Positions 26,791-37,845 of a stretch of 39,688 bases of DNA are shown one piece after another (position 1 is the first letter of the stretch; every line of letters begins with the position of its first letter). The notes below the pieces were generated by a model, which was not told the DNA's origin, made no database searches, and was given only the letters and a program-made list of their open reading frames with translations. Both the position numbers and the translations under genes were made by a program. Origin of the DNA: Octopus sinensis (Eukaryota); the NCBI RefSeq assembly GCF_006345805.1, contig NW_021835541.1, positions 1-39,688 on the forward strand, written 5' to 3'.

Positions 26791-26831
26791 ATAATAATAA
26801 TAATAATAAAATAATAATAATAATAATAATA

Positions 26832-26865
<34 letters not shown>

Positions 26866-27104
26866 TAATAATATAATAATAATAATAATAATAATAACAA
26901 TAATAATAATAACAAGTGCTTTGACTCCGGGAAATACCGCCATGCACTTCGTCCAACCATTCAACAATTTATAAGATATCCTCTGATTTAACCTGGACAG
27001 TTTCATTAAATGACAACGGAAAAATGTTGCTTCAGTACCCATTGAATTTTACATAAGGAATTGCTGAGACATTTTGTGAGATGTATCACAAAATATGGTT
27101 AAGG

Positions 27105-27300
27105 ATTAAGGCTGCGAGCTGACAGAATCATTATCAGGTCGGACAAAATATTTAGCCTTAGCCGCATCTTTTCTGGTTTTATTTTCTGACTTCAAATTCT
27201 GCTGAGGTCCACATTCCGTTTCATCCTTTCGGAGTCGATGAAATAGTACCAAACGAGCATTGGGATCGATGTAATCGACTAGCCTTTTGCCACCCAAGAG
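27105..27300 (+). mobile_element. SINE family B (tRNA head + conserved central domain), diverged; second remnant at about 27345-27480
   Basis: AAGGCTGCGAGCTGACAGAATC...GACTTCAAATTC...TTTCATCCTTTCGGAGTCGATGAAATAGTACC...GATCGATGTAATCGACT; colinear with 29448-29637. Confidence 0.75.
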
Positions 27301-28019
27301 TTCATGCTTGGTGTTTATAGTAGTAAGTAGAACTATGAGTATTTATGAACTAAATGCAGTGGATCATTGCCTCGCGATATTTGCTTCGACTTAGTACGCT
27401 TTGAGTTCAAATCCCACCGAAGTCAACTGTTTATCCATTCAAGGTCCACAAGAATGTAGAAGAGCAGTTGATTGATGTAAATGCTAGAGAGTCGAACAAG
27501 AATCCCTGCGGTGTCTGTTCTGCTATACTAGCCACTCCTACGACTACAATAATGAGTTGAATATTAGTTCTTGCTCTCAGCTTTGGGCCATGTGTTTGAA
27601 ATTAATAGAAAATAAGCAGATATCACATAAATTGATATTGTTGTGTCTAGTTCATTGGTTTTTCTTTCTGTAATAGAAAGAATCATATATGATCGAATTC
27701 GTATTTATTCAGTATTAATGATAATTAGAATAATAATCAATTGCATATACATATTTCAATTTCAATTTCAGTCGATGTCATTAGTGAAATATTGAATTTT
27801 AATTATAAATCCAATAAACAAATTTGATAAATTCATGAAATAAATTTAATAAATACATAAAATAAACTGCTAAATTATGAATTAAATTTAAAATTAAAAC
27901 TCAATATTGCATTGTGAACACCTATGTATATGTTAATGACTTATTAAAAATTTTAAACGTCATCATGATGAATATCATCTTTGTTGCTGTTTTTTTTTAT
28001 TCCTTTTCCTCCCTCACCT

Positions 28020-28546
28020 TCTCCTAGTTCTACAACTACCAACACCACCAACAACACAACAACAGCAACAACAACTGCTACTACTACTACTACTACTACT
28101 ACTACCGCTACCAGCACCTCCATATCCAGCATCTCCACTTCCAGCACCTCCACTTCCAGTACTTCCACCTCCAGCCTCCCCACCTGCGGCACCTTCACCA
28201 CCACCACCATCACGACCGCTACCACAATCACGGTCGCTACTACCAACACTATTACTACTACTACTACTACTACTACTAACACAACACTTTCGCCACCATC
28301 ACCCCCACCACCACATTACCACCACCGCCACAATACTACCAATACTACCACTAACCCTCACTCCCAATCCACTCCACCCCTCCCATACTACTACTACCAC
28401 CCCCACTACTATTACTACTAACACTACACTTTCGCCACCATCACCCCCACCACCACAACTACCACCACCACCACCACAGTACTACCAATACTACCACTAA
28501 CCCTCAGTCCCACCGCCACTCCGCCACTCCCATACTACTACTACCA

Positions 28547-28580
<34 letters not shown>

Positions 28581-28749
28581 CACTACCACTACTACTACTA
28601 CTACTACCACTACCACTACTACTACTAACACTACACTTTCGCCACCATCACCCCCACCACCACATTACCACCACCACCACAGTGCTACCAATACTACCAC
28701 TAACCCTCACTCCCACCGCCACTCCCATACTACTACTACCACCCACCAC

Positions 28750-28780
<31 letters not shown>

Positions 28781-28785
28781 CATAA
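28020..28785. repeat. (ACT)n/(ACC)n tract containing three copies of a ~140-210-nt higher-order unit
   Basis: TAACACWACACTTTCGCCACCATCACCCCCACC recurs at about 28277, 28418 and 28626. Confidence 0.9.
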
Positions 28786-28883
28786 AATAGGTAAAAAATG
28801 ATTCCTTTGCAACAAAAGAAAAAAAACCGATGAACCAACCATACACGATAATCATCCTAACAAGATATACATTTTACGTCAAT

Positions 28884-28929
<46 letters not shown>

Positions 28930-29344
28930 CATACAATGTGTACTTCATGAACTTAAGTAAGTAATAAACCTTAATTTTTCGCAAAAACCGTACAAATATA
29001 ATTTCTTTCCTATAAGTTCTACTAATATTCATCTGTTTGTTTTTTTACTGTTTGTATCTTTATTTCTTTTTTGTGTTTCATTTTTTCTTTTTCCCGTCCC
29101 TTGATATTTCTAGGTTTATTATTATAAATTTTTTACTGTTTCTATCTTTCTGTGTTTTTTTGTTTTGTTTTTTTTTTGTCTATCATCCAATATTTTTACC
29201 AATTTGGTTTCTTTTTCCTCATTAACATTTCTTCTTTTCATTCAAATTTGTTTTTTCCTCTCTTCATTCGTTTCTCAATTCATATATTTTTAACGTGTCT
29301 TTTAAATACCTTTCTTCCTTATTTTCTTTTCTATGTCACTCCTG

Positions 29345-29350
29345 TTATTA

Positions 29351-29444
<94 letters not shown>
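29345..29444. repeat. (ATT)n microsatellite
   Basis: Read directly. Confidence 0.97.
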
Positions 29445-29447
29445 CAC

Positions 29448-29637
29448 AAGGCGGTGAGCTGGAAGAATCATTAGCGCGCTGGACAAAATGCATAGCGGAA
29501 TTTCGCCCATACTACGGTCTGAGTTCAAATTCCGCCGGGGTCTACTTTGCCTTTCATCCCTTCTGGGTCGAAACATTAAGCACCAGTGAAACACTGGTGT
29601 CAATGTAATCGACTTGTCCTCTCCCCGCAAATTAGAG
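29448..29637 (+). mobile_element. SINE family B
   Basis: Head AAGGCGGTGAGCTGG..., B-box-like GAGTTCAAATTCC, then CTTTGCCTTTCATCCCTTCTGGGTCGA...GTAATCGACT. Further remnants at about 29640-29690, 30735-30865 and 26915-26965 (-). Confidence 0.8.
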
Positions 29638-30364
29638 GCCGAGATTGACTTTGGCTGTCATCCTTTTGGGGTCGAAGTAATTGCCTGGTCCTATCCCACA
29701 AGGTAGCATAGATTTATTATCATAGCGTAATTTCCAATTACTGATCATTTCAACCTTTGTGTCATTGGTTTTGTAGCTGATTGCACCGTAAAGTGGTTGC
29801 CATGTTGTGCAATATTTTATCAACTCAAAACATGAATATCTTGAACTCTCGGAGCATTTTAGCGGATTTACTGAGTTAAGTTACTTGTGTTATTCTGTCG
29901 GCATATGTATATGCAACCACGCACGCTTTTACTGATGTTATAAAATATCACTGTTTACTTGATTCAGAGAGATTACTGTATTGGCAGAATCATTAGATCA
30001 TTGGGCAAAGCTAGTTCTGACGACTTACATTCGATGCTCTTAGTGTGATATTATAGTAGATCTAGTATTGGGGTACCGGTTCGTGAGGTCCAGAATTCTA
30101 AGGAGTTTGGAACCAGAAATTTATCACTATTTGTCTCAACTCTGTTCTGACTCCTAATAGTAGCACATATTGTGTTTCAGCTATAGGTTAATTAGCAGTC
30201 ACAGAATTGCCTCTGGAAGAAAGTCATTTACAACTACTCCATAAGAGTCAGGGCAGATGAAATCCTTTAAGCTCTTTAACTGCTTATCTAAAAGAAGGCA
30301 ACTCCATACAAATCCTGCACTCTGATGTCTAATCGTGGTACTCACCAATACAAATTTGAAGGAT

Positions 30365-30404
<40 letters not shown>

Positions 30405-31018
30405 GCTCCGTTTACAGTATGCCCTCTAGGATAATAAATCTATACTACCATGTGGAGTGATGTAAAAAGTATTTGAAAAACTAAGGGAAAAGCACTTACA
30501 GAAAATCCGGAAGGTGAGATCATGAGGCAGATATGTACAGGAATGGGCAACAAATATCTACGATACCCTATGACTCCATGAATGATGCAGATATATTGAC
30601 TTGTCTTACCTTCATGACGTGTCCATGAGTGGCGAAATGGTAGGTGTGCGTGGGTTTAGGCTCTTGCTTCTGGAAACAACCCAACAGAGGTGTTTAAATT
30701 GCTCATTCTGCAATACCGTCGACCAACAACGAAAAGGACTTTTCTGAATTCAAATCCTGCTACAGCCGACTTCACTTTCATTCACCCAGCCACCAGGATC
30801 GATAAAAGGAAGAACTAATTCCTTTTAATTCACTCAGCTTCTTCATTTAAAATTGCTGGACTTGTAATTATATCTATCGGAGAATTAGGGCTAAATAATG
30901 AAATTATACGTTTACACGCGTCAAATATAGAATTTATGTAAAATAAATATGATTTTAAGTATCAAACCGAGTTACTTTTGTTCTACAACAAATATCTCTC
31001 GTTTAGAATATTTAAAGA

Positions 31019-31183
31019 GGCGCAGGAGTGGCTGTGTGATAAGTAGCTTGTTTACCATCCACATGGTTCCGGGTTCAGTCCCACTGCGTGGCACCTTGGG
31101 CAAGTGTCTTCTACTATAGCCTCGGGGCGAACAAAGCCTTGTGAGTGGATTTAGTAGACGGAAACTGAAAGAAGCCTGTCGTA

Positions 31184-31261
<78 letters not shown>

Positions 31262-31450
31262 TGTGTTTGTGTGTCTGTGTTTGTCCCCCTAACATTACTT
31301 GTGTGTTTATGTCCCCATCACTTAGCGTTTCGGCAAAAGAGACCGATAGGATAAGTACTGGGCTTACAAAGAATAAGTCCCGGGGTCGAGTTGCTCGATT
31401 AAAGGCGGTGCCCCAGCATGGCCGCAGTCAAATGACTGAAACAAGTAAGA
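31019..31450 (+). mobile_element. SINE family A, full length
   Basis: GGCGCAGGAGTGGCTGTG...GGTTCAGTCCC...(TA)n(TG)n...GCATGGCCGCAGTCAAATGACTGAAACAAGTAAG. Confidence 0.95.
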
Positions 31451-32063
31451 AAAAAAAAATCTGGATAAGCGATGTTTTATGAATGTGTTCTTTTATTCTT
31501 TTTTTAAACGACTAATCGATCGCAAAATATCTTCTGAATTAATGTAGCAACCGCTGGCTAGTAATCGAAATTCAATAAATTTTCCATACAGCAAGAGCTC
31601 TAAGCTCTGGTCTTCATTGTGGGATGACTTGTTGAAGGTCGTAATGATCAGAAATTGGAAATTATGCCAGGATATTTTATACGGGTTTATCTTCTCCTAG
31701 AGAGATGTTTTAATGAGAACTACAGGTTTTGCGCTCCCAGTAGACCACTTGGTCTCCCAGTAGACCACAGTTTAACTCGTAGGTGAAACCCTGACAAGTG
31801 CTTCACCTCCGGGTCAGAGCAGCCCTTGGAACGATAGTGGCTAAGAAGTGTTTTCTAATGTTCAAAAGCCCTGAACTCAAGAAGCGGGGCCCCAGTACTG
31901 GATTCGGTAAAACGCCTTACCCAGAACATACACGCACATATACAAAGATATATACATACATACACACGACACACACATACATAACTATACACATACATAT
32001 ATATAGACATATATTAATATATATTTTTAAATATATGTAATAATTTAAAAATATATATATTAG

Positions 32064-32098
<35 letters not shown>

Positions 32099-32243
32099 CA
32101 TACACACGTATATGCATGTGTGTGTATGAGTATATATATGTATATACATATGTATATATATATGCATATATGTACTATGCATGAATGTATACATGTATGT
32201 GTGTGTATGCGTGGGTGTATACGTATGCGTATGTATGAATATA

Positions 32244-32285
<42 letters not shown>

Positions 32286-32581
32286 GTGTATATATATATA
32301 TCGATTAATTGAAAATACTTGTCTATGACTTATGTTATCGATACCTGTGTGATGAAAGACCAATTCGACACAGGTGGTTTTTCAACTGAGAACATAAAAC
32401 ATATTAATTAATTACAAGACATTTTGCCTCGCATCACAATGATTCCACAATCGACTATCCTTCCGACTGATAACGCCTTCATAATTTTATTGTGTAGGCT
32501 ACTAATATATATATATCACTAGAAATGGGAAAATTACTAACGCGTGATTATTTTTATCATAGCTTTCATTGGATATTAGAT

Positions 32582-32599
32582 TAATTAATAATAATAATG

Positions 32600-32664
<65 letters not shown>

Positions 32665-32727
32665 AATAACAATAATAATAACGAAAATAATAATAATAAT
32701 AATAATATTAATAACAATAACAACAAC

Positions 32728-32762
<35 letters not shown>

Positions 32763-32952
32763 TAATAATAATAATAACAATAACAATGATGATAATAATA
32801 ATAATAACAACAATAATAATAATAATGATAATAATAATAATAGTAATAACAATAAAAATGATAATAATAATAACAACAACAACAATAATAATAATGATAA
32901 TAATAATGATGATAATAATAATAATAATAATAATTATTATTATTATTATAAT
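32582..32952. repeat. Long (AAT)n/(AAC)n/(GAT)n microsatellite
   Basis: Read directly; explains the poly-N and poly-I ORFs. Confidence 0.97.
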
Positions 32953-33277
32953 GATAAATATGTATGTGTATATATACATACACACACACAGACGCTTCAT
33001 AAAAAAGGAGAGTGGTGTTCAACAATGTAAATTACTTTGTAGATTTATCATATAAGTATATTACTTTATGATTTTTAGTCTACTAAATGTTATTAATGTC
33101 CTCTTTTTCTGATACTGATGGATACTTTGATATTTATTCCTATTATTTCCTTTTATCAGTTACTCACCCACGATTTATATATACATACATACACGCATAC
33201 ACTCACATATATACTTATATACATACATACATACATACATACATACATACATACATACATACATACTTACATACATA

Positions 33278-33718
33278 CGCAGGAGTGGCTGTATAGGTGC
33301 AGGAGTGGCTGTGTGGTAAGTAGCTTGCTAACCAACCACATGGTTCCGGGTTCAGTCCCACTGCGTGGCATCTTGGGCAAGTGTCTTCTGCTATAGCCCC
33401 GGGCCGACCAATGCCCTGTGAGTGGATTTAGTAGACGGAAACTGAAAGAAGCCTGTCGTATATATGTATATGTATATATATATGTATGTGTGGTATGTGT
33501 GTGTTTGTGTGTCTGTGTTTGTCCCCCTAGCATTGCTTGACAACCAATACTGGTGTGTTTACGTCCCAGTCACTTAGCGGTTCGGCAAAAGAAACCGATA
33601 GAATAAGTACTGGGCTTACAAAGAATAAGTCCCGGGGTCGATTTGCTCGACTAAAGGTGGTGCTCCAGCATGGCCGCAGTCAAATGACTGAAACAAGTTA
33701 AAGAGAGAAAGAGAGAGT
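33278..33718 (+). mobile_element. SINE family A, full length, with duplicated 5' ~18 nt
   Basis: CGCAGGAGTGGCTGTATAGGTGCAGGAGTGGCTGTGTGG..., then colinear to the tail; (TACA)n on both flanks. Confidence 0.95.
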
Positions 33719-33719
33719 A

Positions 33720-33752
<33 letters not shown>

Positions 33753-33765
33753 GCATATATATATA

Positions 33766-33835
<70 letters not shown>

Positions 33836-33944
33836 TATATATACACCACACACACCTTGCACATTCACGTGTCCCACTGCCTCGGTTTCTTAAAATTCTT
33901 TAAGTAGAGAAAACTTCTACTCTTAAAAGGATTTTAAATTCTTC

Positions 33945-34045
33945 CTCAGTAAAGAGAGGAAATTCTTTGAGCGGGTAATAGTCGATCTACTCCACCAAAA
34001 TGGCAGAAGAAAGCAGAATGAAACCGTTATTACATCATTGATTGA
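33945..34045 (+). mobile_element. Mariner transposase C-terminal fragment
   Basis: SKERKFFERVIVDL.PPKWQKKAE*NRYYIID* resembles mariner FYERGIMKLPERWQKVIEQNGQYIID; clearly alignable with 37370-37462. Confidence 0.7.
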
Positions 34046-34184
34046 ATATATCGCTTTTTTTACATAAAAACCGCACGGACGTTTTAGGCATCCCAATTTA
34101 TGTATATGTGCACGCACATCCGTACAAATATATACATACAAATATATATATATATATATATATATATTAAATAAATATATATAA

Positions 34185-34215
<31 letters not shown>

Positions 34216-34953
34216 ATGTGTGTGTTGTGTGTGTGTGTGTGTGTGTGGTGTATGTATATATGTATGTATTATGTATGTATGTATGTATGTATGATGTATG
34301 TATGTATGTATATATGTGTGTATAGCAAAACTTTAGATTCAGATGAATATGCCACTTAGTTGAGGCACAAGGAGACAGAGACAGGGGGAAAGAGAGAGAG
34401 AAAGAGGAGCAATTATACTGATGAACAAATATGATATATTAAATACAGCAGTTTGGGGATGAAATATAAAATATGTATATATTTATAGGTGCAAAACGTG
34501 AGAAAACAATAAGTGGAGACTTTCAAATGAATACTTAAGTACAACTATTTAAATATTTATATTAATAGATTCAGCCTACACAGTCTGCAAATGACGGGGA
34601 AAATTAAAGGTGTGTAAGAAAGGTGTCATAAGCACTACAGCTGTTTCTGGTAGATATAGCTCATTGCAATATGTCGTAATGCAGGCAATCAACATCGAAT
34701 AAGACGAGCCTTCGTCATTAGATCTTAATGCAGAGATCGTCTCTTCATTACGATCTCAAATATTTAATATATGAACTTTGTTTGTCCGATTAGTTTCCTC
34801 GATATCCGCTAAACTTGATCCTTCTTATGGCAATTCTTCACCTTGTGGAAGTGATCCTTTGTAAAGACATCACTGTATACTCTTTTGAGTACTATAAAGT
34901 GTCATCTATGCTGAAAATCTCTGGATCTAACCTACATGCGTGTCAATGTATTT

Positions 34954-35000
<47 letters not shown>

Positions 35001-35067
35001 CATATGTATGTGTATATATTATATATATATATATTATATATATATATATATAATATACATACATATG

Positions 35068-35105
<38 letters not shown>

Positions 35106-35143
35106 CATAACAGCAACACACACATACATTCATGCATATGCAT

Positions 35144-35439
35144 ACTCTTACTACTACTTTTACTTGTTTCAGTCATTTGACTGCGGTCATGCTGGAGCAC
35201 CGCCTTTAGTCGAGCAAATCGACTCCGTGACTTATTCTTTGTAAGCCCAGTACTTATTCTATAGGTCTCTTTTGCCGAACCGCTAAGTGACGGGGACGTA
35301 AACACACCAGCATCGGTTGTCAAGCAATTCTAGGGGGACAAACACACACACACAAACACACACACATACACATATATACATATACACACATACAAATATA
35401 TACATATACACACATACACATATATACATATACATACAT

Positions 35440-35471
<32 letters not shown>

Positions 35472-35642
35472 CATATATACGACAGGCTTCTTTCAGTTTC
35501 CGTCAACCAAATCCACTCACAAGGCATTGGTCGGCCCGGGACTATAGCAGAAGACACTTGCCCAAGATGCCACGCAGTGGGACTGAACCCGGAACCATGT
35601 GGTTGGTTAGCAAGCTACTTACCACACAGCCACTCCTGCGCC
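35144..35642 (-). mobile_element. SINE family A, full length (left arm of head-to-head pair)
   Basis: Complete from GGCGCAGG (35642) to the tail, with an expanded internal CA/TA tract. Confidence 0.95.
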
Positions 35643-35680
<38 letters not shown>

Positions 35681-35682
<2 letters not shown>

Positions 35683-36096
35683 CGCAGGTGTGGCTGTGTG
35701 GTAAGTAGCTTGCTAACCAACCACATGGTTTCGGGTTCAGTCCCACTGCGTGGCATCTTGGGCAAGTGTCTTCTGCTATAGCCCCGGGCCGACCAATGCC
35801 TTGTGAGTGGATTTGGTAGACGAAACTGAAGAAGCCTGTCGTATATATGTATATATATATATAAGTGTGTGTGTGTATATGTTTGTGTGTCTGTGTTTGT
35901 CCCCCTAGCATTGCTTGACAACCGATGCTGGTGTGTTTACGTCCCTGTCACTTAGCGGTTCGGCAAAAGAGACCGATAGAATAAGTACTCGGCTTACAAA
36001 GAATAAGTCCCGGGGTCGATTTGGTCGACTAAAGGCGGTGCTCCAGCATGGCCGCAGTCAAATGACTGAAGCAAGTAAAAGAGAAAAGAGAGAAAG
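35681..36096 (+). mobile_element. SINE family A, full length (right arm of head-to-head pair)
   Basis: Complete from GGCGCAGG (35681) to the AAAAGAG tail. Confidence 0.95.
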
Positions 36097-36130
<34 letters not shown>

Positions 36131-36574
36131 GTATATATCTGTTGTTTTTTCTTTTTTTATTTACAATGTGCATTTTCGTTGATTTTTTTTATTTCCCCTT
36201 ACATTTCCACGTGTATCTTATTATTTTGTAACATATTTCTACTATACATTATATATATACTTATATATATATGTGTCTATGTATGTATGTTATATATATA
36301 TATTAGGTATGTATATATATATATATATATATATGTATTATGTATATATATATATATCTATATATATATATATACATACTACATAGACACATATTGTATA
36401 TATATATATATATATATATAGCATACATACATAGACATATATATATAAGTTATATATAAATGTATAGTAGAATATGTTACAAAATAATAAGATACACGTG
36501 GAAATGTAAGGAAATAGAAAAATCACGAAAATGCACATTGTAAATAAAAAAAGAAAAAAACAACAGATATATAC
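36131..36574. repeat. Fold-back inverted repeat, ~165-bp arms around a ~110-bp TA-rich spacer
   Basis: 36131-36300 is the reverse complement of 36411-36574 (TCTGTTGTTTTTTC...TTACAATGTGCATTTTCG...CCACGTGTATC...); the differences are mostly small indels. Confidence 0.9.
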
Positions 36575-36845
36575 ATTTAGATGTACATATATATATATAT
36601 ATATACATATATAAATGTGTATATATGTATATATATATGCAAATATATATACACACATATATATACATATATATACATTTATATGTATATACATATATAT
36701 ATATACATATTCATATATATACATATATCCACATATATTAACACACATATATACATATATATATACCTATATATAATACATATATAACATATGTTAATAT
36801 GTATACATATATATACATATATATGTATATATATACCATATTTAC

Positions 36846-36880
<35 letters not shown>

Positions 36881-37100
36881 ATTATTTACATATATACACA
36901 TATTGTATATATATATGTGTATACATATATCTATACCTATATACTATATATATATATACATATATATACATATATACATAACATGTATGTGGTATAGGTA
37001 TATAATATATTATATATATATATATATATAATAATATATCTATTTATATATATATATATATATAAATACGTATATATATATATATATATATTTATATTAT
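36575..37100. repeat. Irregular (TA)n/(TACA)n tract
   Basis: Read directly. Confidence 0.95.
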
Positions 37101-37369
37101 CGGGAAGATCATTTGTAACACCTTTTTAAGTTAAACTTTTAATTTTCTCTGTATTACGTTAATTTCGCATTAAACCACAGAATTATTCATTAAAGCTTAA
37201 CACTTGGTACTGACTGAACTCTAGAATAACAATAAACTTCATACCTACCATAGATAAACTATTCCTTCATAACTGGTGTCATTATAACTTCTTAGTGCTT
37301 GTGAGTGTGTGCAAATTTACGTAGAGATACTGCCAGTATGTAAAAATTCACCAGGAAGAATTCTGTCCC

Positions 37370-37462
37370 TGTAAAGACAGGGAATACTTTGAGCAGGGAA
37401 TAGCTGGCCTGCCAACAAAATGGCAGAAGGAACTGAATTGAAACAATTACATCATTGATTGA
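37370..37462 (+). mobile_element. Mariner transposase C-terminal fragment
   Basis: KDREYFEQGIAGLPTKWQKELN*NNYIID*; same family as 33945-34045. Confidence 0.72.
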
Positions 37463-37709
37463 CGAAACTATCGCCATAAGTTGTTTTTGTTGTTGTTGGT
37501 TACTCTCAGATCATGCCTGATCGTGCTGCATTGTGAACATTGAGATTTCAACCAAGAACTGTTCATATTAGAGTTATATCCTACCTGTTATTGTCAAATC
37601 AACTCTCTTTAATCAATGTAGCAAGAATTATGGTGAGGTAAATTTGGTTGAATTTTATTATTTTACGTAGCTCAAAACCACAGAAATGCATCTTCTTTAT
37701 ATATATATA

Positions 37710-37845
37710 GTTAATCCAAACATAAAAACACAAAGAGAAAACACAACGCGAGGACGTGGAACAAGTAAAGTGTTATTGGACGCTCAGGAAAGGAAAGAAA
37801 GAAGGCGGATTTAATGTTACGAGCGGAGCTCTACGTCAGAAACAT
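37710..37845 (-). mobile_element. Probable Penelope-like element terminal fragment with degenerate hammerhead core
   Basis: Minus strand TTTCTGACGTAGAGCTCCGCTCGTAACATT: CTGAC-GT, stem GAGC/GCTC with TCC loop, GTAAC. This is the CUGANGA-stem-GAAAC layout with two A>T changes. Confidence 0.5.

Noticed and set aside
27981-28421. Thr/Ser/Pro-rich mucin- or extensin-like ORF
   Set aside because: Made of ACT/ACC microsatellite, and the frame is not kept across the repeated units.
31019-31095. tRNA gene calls at SINE heads
   Set aside because: A- and B-box-like motifs are present, but there is no complete cloverleaf and each continues into SINE body.
32348-32390. Box C (GTGATGA) and box D (CTGA) pair resembling a C/D snoRNA
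   Set aside because: Boxes only ~30 nt apart, no good terminal stem, and no identifiable guide sequence.
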